Shown here piece after piece: positions 1 to 11,656 of a DNA stretch of 64,000 nt. The notes under the pieces are model-generated. The model did no database searches, was not told where the DNA came from, and saw only the letters and a program-made list of their open reading frames with translations. Source of the stretch: Candidatus Bathyarchaeota archaeon. GTDB taxonomy: Archaea > Thermoproteota > Bathyarchaeia > Bathyarchaeales > Bathycorpusculaceae. The translations under genes were made by a program, and so were the position numbers. The stretch is taken from contig CAVYXJ010000010.1 of NCBI GenBank assembly GCA_963772455.1, positions 224,001 to 288,000 of the forward strand, given 5' to 3'. Position 1 is the first letter of the stretch, and each line of letters opens with the position of its first letter.

Positions 1-365
1 TTAGCGCCTACAACGTCGACACAAACGACCTTAAGCAGGTAGTAGTTGGCGGCGTTATGATGGGAAACGCAATCCAAACAATCGAAGCTCCAATAACGAA
101 ACGAACATCAAGCATAATCGTGTTCACTAAAAGTAAAAGCAAAAAAGACCAAAAGCAAACTGCATGTATACACTGCTCAAATTGCATTAGCTCTTGCCCA
201 GTAAAATTGCATCCAATAATGATCTACGACGCTATCATGAAAGGCAATTTTGAAAAAGCGGAAAAACTATGGATGAAAGACTGCATAGCGTGTGGAACAT
301 GTTCATTCGTTTGTCCAGCGAGACTGCCACTTTCAGGGATAATTTGCGGTTCGAAAAGCACTTGA
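1..365 (+). CDS. rnfC: RnfC/RsxC-like electron transport subunit, C-terminal part (5' end outside window)
   Basis: Frame is open from the window start (…KQVVVGGVMMG, the RnfC GGPMMG-like motif), followed by two ferredoxin motifs CIHCSNCISSCP and CIACGTCSFVCP. Confidence 0.75.
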   Translation, partial: SAYNVDTNDLKQVVVGGVMMGNAIQTIEAPITKRTSSIIVFTKSKSKKDQKQTACIHCSNCISSCPVKLHPIMIYDAIMKGNFEKAEKLWMKDCIACGTCSFVCPARLPLSGIICGSKST

Positions 366-372
366 AATAAAT

Positions 373-420
373 AACCGTAAAAAATTACGGTTCCACAATT
401 CTTTCTTTTATTATTTTTAA
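373..420 (+). terminator. Hairpin plus T-rich tract after rnfC
   Basis: AACCGTAA-aaaa-TTACGGTT perfect 8-bp stem followed by T-rich sequence. Confidence 0.5.
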
Positions 421-532
421 TTGCAAAAATTAAAGAATTATTTTTAGATGACTTTTTTTGCTTTATGAATAACATAGTAAGCATTAAGCTTATATTCACG
501 CCACAACGTAAAATAATTAAAAGGGATAAAAA

Positions 533-1237
533 TTGGAAACACCAAAATTTAAACTAGCAGACATACTCTACGGCATAATCATACCATTGATACTAGTGCT
601 CTTGATCTATATTCTCGCAATCTACGTTAACCCTGGCGGACAATATCACGTACTCGGTACAGAAGGTTTCGTCGCCACACTCGGAGTCATCTTTTCTCAA
701 GGCTTTGCCCAAATGATTGTTCTCGGCATACCATTAGTTCTTGGTTTGCTTTGGAACAAATGGGCTGGTGGAGCAGCAGGCTTCATCATGGGCGGCATGT
801 ACTATGTAGCAGCTGCAGGTCTCTACAATGGATACTACGCAGGTGTAGCCGCAACAAATCCAGGCTATTCTGTTAATTTCTATGGCGACATCAGTATGCT
901 CTTCTGGCTCGTCAACGGAGTCATCATTGGCTACGTCGCAGGATCACTAAACAACGGATCATCAAACTTCAAACGTATGCTAGGCGCAGGCTTAACCGCA
1001 TCAATCATGGTGGCAGTCCTCCAGTCATACTTGAACTACACAATTTCGCTTGACTTCAAACCCGCAGGCGGCGTGATGGGTCAATATTCTCCAAGAGGCA
1101 TGGCTCAAGGAGCTTGGGTAGCAGACCCTGTTAACGCCATCGTTATCAACTTCTTGCCAGGAATTCTCTTAGGCGTAATCGTACCAATACTAGCTAAAGT
1201 AATGACATGGTATGGTATGCAGCCACAGAGGCACTAA
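533..1237 (+). CDS. Multi-pass membrane protein of unknown function (possibly ECF S-component-like)
   Basis: 234 aa with about 6 hydrophobic helices and a GLLWNKWAGGAAGFIMG small-residue motif; oligo-T terminator at about 1248-1270. Confidence 0.6.
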   Translation: METPKFKLADILYGIIIPLILVLLIYILAIYVNPGGQYHVLGTEGFVATLGVIFSQGFAQMIVLGIPLVLGLLWNKWAGGAAGFIMGGMYYVAAAGLYNGYYAGVAATNPGYSVNFYGDISMLFWLVNGVIIGYVAGSLNNGSSNFKRMLGAGLTASIMVAVLQSYLNYTISLDFKPAGGVMGQYSPRGMAQGAWVADPVNAIVINFLPGILLGVIVPILAKVMTWYGMQPQRH

Positions 1238-1354
1238 AACAATCCATTTCCTTTTCTTTTTTATTTTTTAAACCAATAAACTTGTTATTTTTAGCCAACT
1301 TTTGCTAATATAATATAGAATTTAAACAAAAATAGTTTATACAAAAAGGAAAAA

Positions 1355-2639
1355 TTATTTTGTTTGGTTAGGCGCGAATTCCCAAGCAATATTTCCCTTC
1401 CAAATTTCGCCCAGCTTGGTAATTCTGACTTCCTTATCGTCAATTTCAATTAGGCCCTTTTCTTTTAATTTTTCCAGCTGTTTTGGAAATACCTTTCTCT
1501 GGTGTTGTTCCAAATTTTTCCAGAAACTCTTTTTTGCTCACAGGCAATCGTAGGTAAAGCCGCGTCATTGTTCGTCGCATCATATCTTCATTTGTAGATT
1601 CCGAAAGTCTGCAGATAGGTAATTTTCCAGATTTTACCGTTTCCATATAATTATTTATATTTTCAATGTTAGAATATGAAAACTTTTGAAGATAACCCAT
1701 AAAGCAGCCCGCGCCTGTGGTCAATATTCCTCCCCATGGCCAACCATTAAGACAATTCTCACGCATATGCCACTCTACACGGCTGTAGCGATCATGACCC
1801 ACTGCCTTGTAGCCAGCATCCGTAAGCATCTTGTATGCAGCTAAAAACATTTCTTTTTCATACTCGGCATTGCCTTGGGGCGGAGAAGTACCGTCTTTAA
1901 TCATTTTTTCAAGAATCGTTCCAGGATCCACATGTAGAGAGTAAGCATCAACTTCAGCATCCAATTCAATGGTTTTCTTAAGGGTGCTAATCCAACTTTC
2001 CATAGTTTGACCTGGCAAATTATACATAAGGTCAACACAAACGACTAAACCAAGTTTTCTTGCATATTTAATTGCTTTTTCAACGTCGGCAGCACTATCT
2101 GGCAAGCACAAAGCTTTTCGCAATTTATCGTCAAATGTTTGGGCACCCATGTCCATTTGATAGACGCCGTATTTGGCTAGTTTCTCAATTTTTGGAAGTG
2201 CCAGAGTTTTTGATGACCCTGTGACTTTTATAAAATATTCTTTGCTAGTGTTAAAGTTAGCTTTGCAGAAATCGATTAAATCAATTATTTGCTCTGCGCT
2301 AAGTACACTGGGGGTTCCGCCTCCCAAGACGATTTCGTCAAAGACGCTTGTTTTTACATATTTTGTTTTAGCGTACATAGCTAATTCTTTTTTAAGTAAG
2401 TCAAGATACGGTTCAAGCTGTACTTTGCTTGAAGCTGTAGTTGGAAAATAGCAGAAAGCACATTTTGAGTCACAAACTGAAACCCATGGTTGCAACTCCA
2501 TTAACCTGCCTGAAGTGTTCTCAGTGCTTAAGAACTTCATGAAGGCTTCATACGCCTCAGGCTTTATACCCGGATAATCTCGGTACGTATACGGCGGCCA
2601 GTTTTCTCTTGTACCGTAAGCTTCAGAGGTTTTTGTCAT
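1355..2639 (-). CDS. HemN/coproporphyrinogen-III-oxidase-like (class C) radical SAM protein, frameshifted near 1495
   Basis: CDSKCAFC, GGGTPS, DLMYNLPGQT motifs. Removing one A near 1495 restores the HemN_C-like tail EKVFPKQLEKLKEKGLIEIDDKEVRITKLGEIWKGNIAWEF, stop at 1355. Confidence 0.85.
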
Positions 2640-2862
2640 CTAAAGGATCCTCTTGATGTAGTTTTAGAAACCGTTCGAATATGTTATAAAGTTTCCGCAA
2701 AAATATCTGGTAAGGAGATAAGTAAATTTTTGGAATGCTTTAATTTTTAGAACTTTTTTAGATGATAAAGTTGTTGGTGTTTTTGAGGGATTTATGAAAT
2801 ATGCATAGTTTTATAAACAAATCGTAAGATAAACATCGCATACAATTAAGGAGTAAGAAAAA

Positions 2863-5600
2863 ATGCAGAAAAATAAAATAGCAACTATTGCAATTTGCAT
2901 AATACTATTGGTTTCAATGTTAGGAGCTTTATCAACCTTAACAAGCGCGCACACACCTTCTTGGACTATTCCAACGTTTCCCCACATCTATGTTGCAACC
3001 GATCCGATAGGCGTTGGTCAAAAGGCATCAATTTACATGTTTGTGACACCAACATATGCCGATACACAAATACTTAACGACTACAGATTCCGTAACTACA
3101 AACTCATCATCACAGCGCCCAGCGGGGCAGTGACAGAACAGAATTTCCCCTATATTGTGGACACGACATCTAACCAGGGTACATCATTTGTTCCCAATGA
3201 AGTCGGCACATACAACTTGACTTTCATATTCCCTGAACAAAAGGTCAACGACTACTCACATTTGCCGGGCTCTGCGTTCGAAAACGATACTTATATGGGC
3301 GGTACTGCATCAGCAACTCTCACGGTCACGCAGGAACCAGTGCTGGAAATTTCTTATCCTCCACTCCCAACGGAATACTGGACACGACCGATCTTTGGTG
3401 AAAATACAATGTGGAACGTAATTTCATCAAACTGGTTAGGTGGCGGCATGCCAGGTTATGGCGGGTCAACTGGGCCAAACCAACGAGTCTTCTCAGGTGA
3501 TTCCATAGGTTCTTTAACGTCGCACATCATGTGGACTAAGACTCTTGATCAACCTGGAGGAGTAGCCGGCGGAAACAACTTTGATATCCCAGGAAGCACG
3601 TGGTTCGAAGGTACAGCTTATTCACAAAGATACGTCAACCCGATAATTGTAGCTGGAAGACTATACTACCAAGAACCCCTATTCTCAACTGGCACCGGCA
3701 CTGAGCCGGATCAGGTCCAGCAGGTCCCACAGTATGCGTTGACTTGTTCACAGGTAAAGAAGTCTGGCGACGAGCCGATGTACCCGCATTATCATTTGCA
3801 TACGTACAAGACATGCAAAACCCCGACTACCACGGAGTTCGCCCAGCAATGCTCGCGACAACCAACTTTGCCCAAGTATACGATGCAGCCACAGGGACAA
3901 ACGTATTCAACGTAAGCAATGTTCCCAGCGGCACAAACGTCGTCGGTCCAAACGGAGAAGTCATAAAATACATGTTCGTCAACAACGGCACAAATGCAAG
4001 CCCCGCTTACTATCTATGTCAATGGAACTCAAGCAGGTTCTGGGGACAAGGTAGCATGCAGCAACTAAACCTGCAGACTGTCACTCAAAGCACAACAGTA
4101 AACGTTTCGCAGACAACCTACGTTAACGGAGTTTCAACGACCACAATCACACCAGTAACATCAACATCCACATTTGTGAATGCCAGCAGAGCCATAATGT
4201 ATGATACCATAAATTCAGTAACCCCCGCAGACCAGAACGTATCAATATCTTGGCGCAACAACCAACCTGGAAACCCAAGTATAGTAGGAGCAATCTATGG
4301 TGACATTTTGCTTTGCATGAACGGTTCACGCCCAACCTCACTAGCACCGACCGGCAATAATCCATACAACTACTTTGCAGTTAATCTCAACGCCTCCGTT
4401 GGACCAATCGGCCAAGTTCTGTGGAGAAACACTGTACAACCCCAGGTAGATCCGAAAGATGGCAACATTACAAACGTCTCATTCGCAGGACTTGACAAAG
4501 CTGGTTACTTCTGTGAATCCTACAGGCAAACCTCTCAATTCGCATTCTTTAACCTACGAACAGGCGAATTCATCAAATTGAGCGACCCACAACCAGCCCT
4601 TGACTACTATGGCAGCACTGGATCCGGCTCGCTGCACAACGTCGTTGCTTTTGGTCGAGTCTACTCAGGCGCATACTCTGGTATATTGTACTGCTATGAT
4701 ATGGCAACTGGCAATGTACTTTGGACATACGGTAACGGCGGCGTTCCTGGCAACAACACAGACAGTGGCTTGGAAGTTCCAGGTCATTACCCAATCTTCG
4801 TCAAAGCTATTGGCGGTAGAAACCTTAACGACGGAGTCATCTACACTATTGTCACAGAGCACACTTTTGCAACACCAATCTACAAGAATGCATTAACACG
4901 AGCAATTAACGCATCTGACGGAAGCGAAATTTATACATTCACTGCAGTCACAGGCGAATTTGGCGCTGGCAGCTTTGCCATAGCCGACAGCTACACCAAC
5001 TTCTTCAACAGCTATGACTCAAGAATCTACACCCTCGGCAAAGGACCCAGCGAAACTACAGTCACAGTTGGTCCTAAGAGTTCAACAATCGGCGGTAACG
5101 TAGTAATTGAAGGTTCAGTCACAGATGTTTCCGTAGGTTTACAGACCACTGAGATACAAGGACGCTTTCCAGCAGGTGTTCCAGTTTGCTCTGACAGCAG
5201 CATGAAAGACTGGATGGCTTATATCCACCAGCAACAGCCGAAACCAGCCAGCTTCACAGGTGTTAACGTGAACATTGTCCTTATAGACTCAAACGGCAAC
5301 TACCAAGGTCCATTCACAACAACCACTGACAGCGAAGGGTACTACAGCCTAACATATACACCAAACATTTCAGGCGACTTCAAGGTTTACGCATACTTCG
5401 ACGGTACTAACGGTTACTGGCCATCCAATACAGAAACCACATTCAATATGGTGGAATCACCAGCAACACCTACTCCAGCCGCAACCGCAGCTCCATCAAT
5501 GGCTGATCAATACTTCCTACCTATGTCAGCAGCCATAATTGTCGCAATAGTTGTAATCGGTGCATTACTAGCTCTATTGATGCTAAGAAAACGACCCTAA
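2863..5600 (+). CDS. Large secreted PQQ-like beta-propeller surface protein with C-terminal TM anchor (RKRP), frameshift near 3703
   Basis: Signal peptide …AHTP, PTEYWTRPI motif, propeller repeats YCYDMATGNVLWTY, Ig-like C-domain, Pro/Thr linker, TM plus RKRP. ORFs 2863-3915 and 3744-5600 join via GPAGPTVCVDLFTG. Paralog of 17609-20374. Confidence 0.85.
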
Positions 5601-5698
5601 TAAGGTCAAATCAACCTTTTTCTTTTTTTGTTTTTTAAAAATTAGAAACCAGATATTTTAAATTCAATCAATAAAAGAATTATCTTTATAAGAAATTT

Positions 5699-7105
5699 TT
5701 AAAGTAGGTTTTTCGCTCGCCAAAGCATATAATTAGCAGCGGTTCGAGTCATTATTTTACTGTACAAATTACCCTTCAAATAGCCTTTCACTGCTTGTCG
5801 CATGACATATTTTGGTGAATAGAACTTGTTATAGAAGTTCTTGCGCATCGCTGCTATTTCTTTGGCAGGTAGTGCGGGGTCTTCAAAAATTGGGTTCATT
5901 GTATTGTAGAGTTCCCACTTTTCAGACATTTTCCATCCATTCTTCTCAACTATCTCGCGAAGGCATGTTCCAGGATAAGGAGTTGCATGGCAAAGCCACA
6001 CGTCATCTGGTTCTACTTTGCGAACAAAATCTAATGTTTCCTGCAGTGTTTCTTTGGTTTCGCCAGGATAACCCAAGATAACTGAGACGGTGACGAATAT
6101 GCCTGCTTCTTTGGTCCATTTAATTGCATTCTCAATTTGTTCAGTTGAAACTCTTTTCTTTAATATGTCGCGCATCCGTTGGCAACCCGCTTCTACACCA
6201 AACATGGTTTCGCTGCAGTGAGCTTTGCTCATTTTGGCTAAAACTTCTTTAGTGACAACATCAGCCCGTGTTCCACAACCCCATGGCAAATTGATTTTTC
6301 TTTCAATTATTCCATCGCATATGTCCATTGTACGTTTCTTATCAAAAGTTAAGGTGTCATCTTGGAAGGCTATCCCTTCAGCTCCATATTCATCTCTGAG
6401 CCATTCTAACTCGTCAAGAACGTTTTTTGGACTTCTTGCTCTGAATTGTGAGCCGAACATTTGGGTAGCAACGCAGAAGGGACACTGGAAAGGGCAGCCT
6501 CTGCTGCTGATTATTGGCAGGAGGTTTTTTCCTGTGATGTTGTATTTTTCCATTGGAAGATACTTGTAGGCTGGTCGTGGTAGGGAATCGAGGTCTTGGA
6601 TGAATTGTCGTTGATCAGTTTTTATTATTTGGTTGTCTTTTCGAAAGGTTATTCCTTTTATTTCGCCAAGTGGAATTTGCTTGGCTATTTCAACTATTGT
6701 TTCTTCTCCCTCTCCCCTCACGATTAAATCAACAGCTTTTTCAGTGCTGAGAATTTCTGCGTCCGCAAAAGTTGCATGCGGTCCACCCATCACAACTTTA
6801 GAGTCTGGGCAGGTCTCTTTTGCTATTCGAGCACATTTGAGTGCTGATTCAATGGTGGGAGTCATGGAGCCAACGCCTACTATTGTAGGTTGGAAATTTT
6901 CCAGTTCGGTTTTGATTTTTTGGTGATCAAAATCAAGGACGGGGGAATCAATGATTTTTACTTCAAAACCGTTTTGCTCAAGTACTGCTGCCATATAGGC
7001 TAAGCCTAAAGGAGGAAAAAGCGGATGATGCGCAACCTTCTCTAACAGTGGCGGAGTTACCAACGCTACTTTAGTTTTAGTTGCATTCATCACAATACCA
7101 GTCAA
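5699..7105 (-). CDS. B12-binding (class B) radical SAM protein
   Basis: N-terminal PPLGLAYMAAVLE and GGPHAT cobalamin-binding domain, SRGCPFQCPFC, GVEAG, GYPGET, TPYPGT. Confidence 0.92.
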   Translation of the reverse strand: MTGIVMNATKTKVALVTPPLLEKVAHHPLFPPLGLAYMAAVLEQNGFEVKIIDSPVLDFDHQKIKTELENFQPTIVGVGSMTPTIESALKCARIAKETCPDSKVVMGGPHATFADAEILSTEKAVDLIVRGEGEETIVEIAKQIPLGEIKGITFRKDNQIIKTDQRQFIQDLDSLPRPAYKYLPMEKYNITGKNLLPIISSRGCPFQCPFCVATQMFGSQFRARSPKNVLDELEWLRDEYGAEGIAFQDDTLTFDKKRTMDICDGIIERKINLPWGCGTRADVVTKEVLAKMSKAHCSETMFGVEAGCQRMRDILKKRVSTEQIENAIKWTKEAGIFVTVSVILGYPGETKETLQETLDFVRKVEPDDVWLCHATPYPGTCLREIVEKNGWKMSEKWELYNTMNPIFEDPALPAKEIAAMRKNFYNKFYSPKYVMRQAVKGYLKGNLYSKIMTRTAANYMLWRAKNLL

Positions 7106-7107
7106 TG

Positions 7108-8202
7108 CTATTTTTTACGTAAGCTCTCAGGTATATAGGCGCATGCTGGATCAGATTCAGTGATGTCGCCTGTGTAAGCGTACGCTCGATTTCTGCATCC
7201 GCCGCAAATTTCACGATATTCGCAGACGCCGCATTTGCCTTTCAATACGTTTCGATCTTGGAATTTATTATAGTACTTGGAAGCTTTGATTTCATCCCAT
7301 GCCGTGGATAAACTTTTGCTTCGTATGTTTCCTAGCATCATAGGTTCGGACGGTTGTAGGTCAGTGTAAAAGCACGGAATCAAATCGCCATTTTCGGTTA
7401 CGCTAAGGTATCCTCCAAAGGCGAAGTAGGTGCATTTGCCATGAAATTCTTTTTCGTACCATTCGTCGAACTCTTTTTCGGGGATTCTCTGTTTTACTAC
7501 CCTAGAAAAGTGTGGGCAGTGAACATGAACTTCAAATTTGCCTCTGTATTTGGTTGTTATATCCCAGATGTGGTTGAGTACCCATTCGTATTGTTCTGGA
7601 GTGGGCGTTAGGTCCATTGTGGCTTTTGCCCGTCCACTGGGCACAAGATGATTGTACCAAACAAAGTTTGCATGATATTTATCAGCTAATTCGGCAACGT
7701 GGTCAAGGTGCTTGTAATTTATAGTTGTGATAGCGCAAGCTAAACCGTTGAGAATTTTGCCCTTAGACAATTTTTCGATTGCAGCAAGAGCTTTCTTGTA
7801 TGAGCCTTCTCCGCGTAGTTGATCATTAATTTCTTCAGGTCCATCGATGCTTACTGAAGTCCAAACTTGATTTTTTACCAAGTTATCATATATTTTTCCA
7901 TCAACAAAGACCCCGTTGGTTAATAGACAGACGTTTAAGCCTTTATTTTTGGCATAAGTCACAATTTCAAAAATATCAGGGCGTGTTAAGGGTTCGCCGC
8001 CTTTTATGCCAAACCATCTTACTCCAAAGCTTTTAACTTCATCAACTAAGTGAAAGGCTTCTTGGGTTGTCATTTCTCTTAGAGAATGCGAGCCTGTCGC
8101 GTCGACGTTGCAGTATTTGCAGCGAGCATTGCAAGCGCCTGTTGCTCTCCAAGAAGTCATAAGTAAAGGACCCTTCTTCTCTGTCAAGTAAAATCCCCTC
8201 AA
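7108..8202 (-). CDS. Radical SAM/SPASM domain protein
   Basis: CNARCKYC, GGEPL, C-terminal SPASM motif CT…GDLIPC…CGVCEYREICGGCR…DPAC. Confidence 0.9.
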   Translation of the reverse strand: MRGFYLTEKKGPLLMTSWRATGACNARCKYCNVDATGSHSLREMTTQEAFHLVDEVKSFGVRWFGIKGGEPLTRPDIFEIVTYAKNKGLNVCLLTNGVFVDGKIYDNLVKNQVWTSVSIDGPEEINDQLRGEGSYKKALAAIEKLSKGKILNGLACAITTINYKHLDHVAELADKYHANFVWYNHLVPSGRAKATMDLTPTPEQYEWVLNHIWDITTKYRGKFEVHVHCPHFSRVVKQRIPEKEFDEWYEKEFHGKCTYFAFGGYLSVTENGDLIPCFYTDLQPSEPMMLGNIRSKSLSTAWDEIKASKYYNKFQDRNVLKGKCGVCEYREICGGCRNRAYAYTGDITESDPACAYIPESLRKK

Positions 8203-8434
8203 GTTCCCTTCAATAATTCATTGTTTACTTTAAGGGTTCTTTTCGTGTTAAAAAAGATTGTGCGATTATTGTTTTATTCGGTTTTTTAATCTTTTTTTCA
8301 ATCTTTCTTGATAATTAAGATTTTTATACTTGATTTGTTGTTTTCCGCAAAGTTTATAGTGAAACAAACATCCTAATCATTCATTCTCGGGGGCTAGGAT
8401 TTCAACGCAAGTTAAAATCAAAGTTGCATTTATC

Positions 8435-10970
8435 TTGGCATTGTTGCTTATTTCATCAATTTTTGCAGTTTTCTCTTTACAATCAAATTCAAACCTCGTA
8501 AATGCACAAACAAGCGTTAGTGCAACTTCCACAAATCCTAATCTACTCCAATATGAGTGGCCACAATTCATGGGTGATTCTTCTTTCTCTCGTTTTTCAG
8601 CTGGACCCGCCCCAAATACCCCTGACATACTTTGGAAAGCCAACGTCTCAGGCATACAAACCTACCTTTCGGCTTTTAATGGTATGATCTACATAGGAAC
8701 CAACACATCAGTAGTTGCACTCAACCAACAAACCGGCAGCCAAATATGGAAGACAGATATTCCAATGCCGAAACCTTGGCCAATAGCCTATAAAATTGAT
8801 GATTCACACATGATTGTGGAAAGCACATGTCTTGACCCGAAAACAGGCAGAATACTTTGGACTAGCCCCGATTTCTGTGAGGATACGGGCATTTTCAGTG
8901 CCAACGTTTACAGTCCAGAAGAAAAAATGTTCTACATAAAAGTTGACTCGTATACTGAAGGCTGGAGTTTTGCGAATCCCTCAAACCCGCCAACGATGGT
9001 TTGGAGAACTTATGTGCCAGGCGGAGGCAGAACTGGAATCGGGACAACCTATGGAGAAGGGTTGGTTTTCCCTGGGTCTTTTGAGAACCAACAGATGGCA
9101 CTTGACGCAAAAACAGGTGCAGTTGTTTGGACGACTCTCACCAAGGGACCCATGATTTTTGACGGCGCTTATTCAGATGGAATGTTTCTACGTGGAGGCA
9201 CAGACGACAATACAATGTATTGTTTTAACGCTGCAGACGGCAAGATTCTATGGACATATACTCCAAATACAGATGGATATTTTACCACAGGTCCCGCAAT
9301 CGCTTATGGCAATGTTTATGAACTTAACAAAGACGGCAACCTCTATGCTATTGACTTGGCAACTGGGCAAACTTGCATGGAAATATCAAGGACCAGGCAC
9401 ACTTCTTTGGCCAGGATATCCTACAGTTGCCGACGGCAAGGTTTATGCCACAACTGGGCAAGCCGCGCAGTATGGTGGTGCCGTTGGTACTTCCGAGTTT
9501 GTCTGCTTAAACGCTTACAATGGACAACTTATCTGGAAGCTTCCTATCGAAGCGTTAGCTCCAAGAGAATCAGTTGCAGTGGCTTATGGACATCTATATC
9601 TGATTCCAGGAACTGTAACCGATGCTGTTGACGCCACTTCAGGAAGCGAATACAACAGTTTCAACCAAGTATGGGCAATAGGAACTCCTGATATCCCGAC
9701 TAGTGACTGGCCAATGTGGCGCGCTGACGCATCTCATTCTTCGACGGCTCAAACTGGACCTTCAAACCTGTCTTTAGCTTGGCAATTCACGACAAACGGT
9801 TCAGTTATCTCTTCTCCCAGTGTTGTAAATGGAATAGTCTACGTTGGGTCCCAAGACAAAAGCATTTATGCTTTGGGTGCATGGAGCGGGAATTTAATTT
9901 GGAAATATACTACCCAAGATGCTCAAGTGTCTTCACCAGCAATTGCAAATGGTAAAGTTTACACGGGCGGTGATGATGGCTATGTTTACTGTCTTGACGC
10001 TTACAATGGAGCATTGAATTGGAAGACTTTTGTCAATGGCGACTTACCTTACACTTATGGGTCGTTTGTTTACAAATCGTCACCAGCGGTATCCGACGGC
10101 AGAGTCTTTGTTGGGTCTTTGGATGGTTTTATGTATGCACTTGACGCAAACAGTGGTAGCGTTATTTGGAAGTTCAAGACTGAAGGACCAATTCTTTCTT
10201 CGCCAGCGATTAATAGTGGCGCAGTTTACTTTACCTCAGAAGAACCCAATATTGCGTCTTTGTACAAAGTAGATGCCGCAAGCGGTTCTTTGGTATGGAA
10301 ATATCCAATTCCCTATGAATACCAATTTACGGGAGGCACTGAAATGATTGGTTCACCTTCAGTTGCAGATGGTATGGTATTTGCATCCTCGGACCTTAGA
10401 ACTTACTATGCTGTAAATACAAATACAGGCGAAACCATATGGACTTTCCGCGATCCAGACGCAATGGAATTCATAGCTTCCTCACCAATTTACGTAAACG
10501 GACAACTCTATATCATTGACAAGTTTAGCATGACATCCCTAAACGCAACCAACGGACACACAAACTGGAGCTTCTTCACAGGTGACGAACTATACGCTTC
10601 ACCATCTTACGCTGACGGCAAGATCTACATGATGACCAGCCAACGCCATATTTACGTTCTTGACGCAAACAATAACGGGGCAAAGCTCGCAAGCTACACT
10701 ACACCATCAGGAAGCTGGTCCTCCCCAACCTTAGCTAACGAAAGATTGTACATAGGAAACCACGATTGGAACGTATACTGCTTCGCAAACACAATAACTG
10801 CTACAGTCAACTCGCCTGCAGAAAATAATTTAACTCCACCTTCTCCTGCAATAATAATTGCGCTCATAGCAGCAATCGTAGCTTTGTCTATTGTGACGGT
10901 TTTTTATTTTAGTAGAAAAATTCGAAAACTAGCAAACCAAAAGGAACCACTTAAACTGTCTTCTCAATAA
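8435..10970 (+). CDS. Secreted double PQQ-like (BamB-like) beta-propeller protein with C-terminal TM, frameshift near 9366
   Basis: Signal peptide, WPQFMGD and WPMWRAD propeller starts, many SSP…vyxlDAxxGxxxW repeats. ORFs 8435-9631 and 9159-10970 join at DLATG/KLAWKY. Confidence 0.85.
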
Positions 10971-11652
10971 AGGCAATAATTGTTGGAGTCTGAGCAGAAC
11001 CCGTTGCAGCCAATCGTTCCACCTTCTTTACCGAAAATTTAGGTGCTAAGATTTTTTCTAATTTTTCAACAGTATAAAAGTTTTTGTGGGAATCATAATT
11101 TAAACCCGCCATTCCTTCAGGAGTCTCGATGATTAAGAACCCGCGAGGTTTGAGAGTTCTATAGGCTTCATCTATGAAGTTTTCAGGCGCCCAGAGATGC
11201 TCAAGAACTTCTGAGGCAATAACTAGATCAAACGTTGCATCTGCAAAAGCCAATGTTTCGGCGTCACCTGCCATTATAGAGGAAACATTGCATTTATGAG
11301 CTGAAGTAGCTACAGTTGGCAAATCTACCGCTGCAACAAAGTGGCCTTTTTTAATTAATGGCTCACTTATGACGCCATCGCCGCAGCCTACATCCAAAAT
11401 CTTAAGGTCATCGCCGATGCTGCTGACCATTTCGTTGAAAATTTTGATTCTGTCAACATTTAATGTATTAACGCTTAAGAGTTCAGCATGCTCTTGCATC
11501 ATCATAATATGCATGTTAGCATCGTACTTTTGCCACTCAACCCATTTGCGTTTGCTTTTTTTGCGTTGTCCAAAGTTGATTTCCCTTGTGATGACCCATC
11601 TGAGTTGGTGTGGGTGCGTGAGCAGGTACTTGATGCCTGCAAGGGAAAACAC
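10951..11652 (-). CDS. Class I SAM-dependent methyltransferase
   Basis: ILDVGCGDG, FDLVIASEVLEHL, LKPRG motifs. Likely GTG start at 11652 behind AAGGAG, coupled to the upstream radical SAM gene. Confidence 0.85.
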   Translation of the reverse strand: MFSLAGIKYLLTHPHQLRWVITREINFGQRKKSKRKWVEWQKYDANMHIMMMQEHAELLSVNTLNVDRIKIFNEMVSSIGDDLKILDVGCGDGVISEPLIKKGHFVAAVDLPTVATSAHKCNVSSIMAGDAETLAFADATFDLVIASEVLEHLWAPENFIDEAYRTLKPRGFLIIETPEGMAGLNYDSHKNFYTVEKLEKILAPKFSVKKVERLAATGSAQTPTIIAFIEKTV

Positions 11653-11656
11653 AGCG

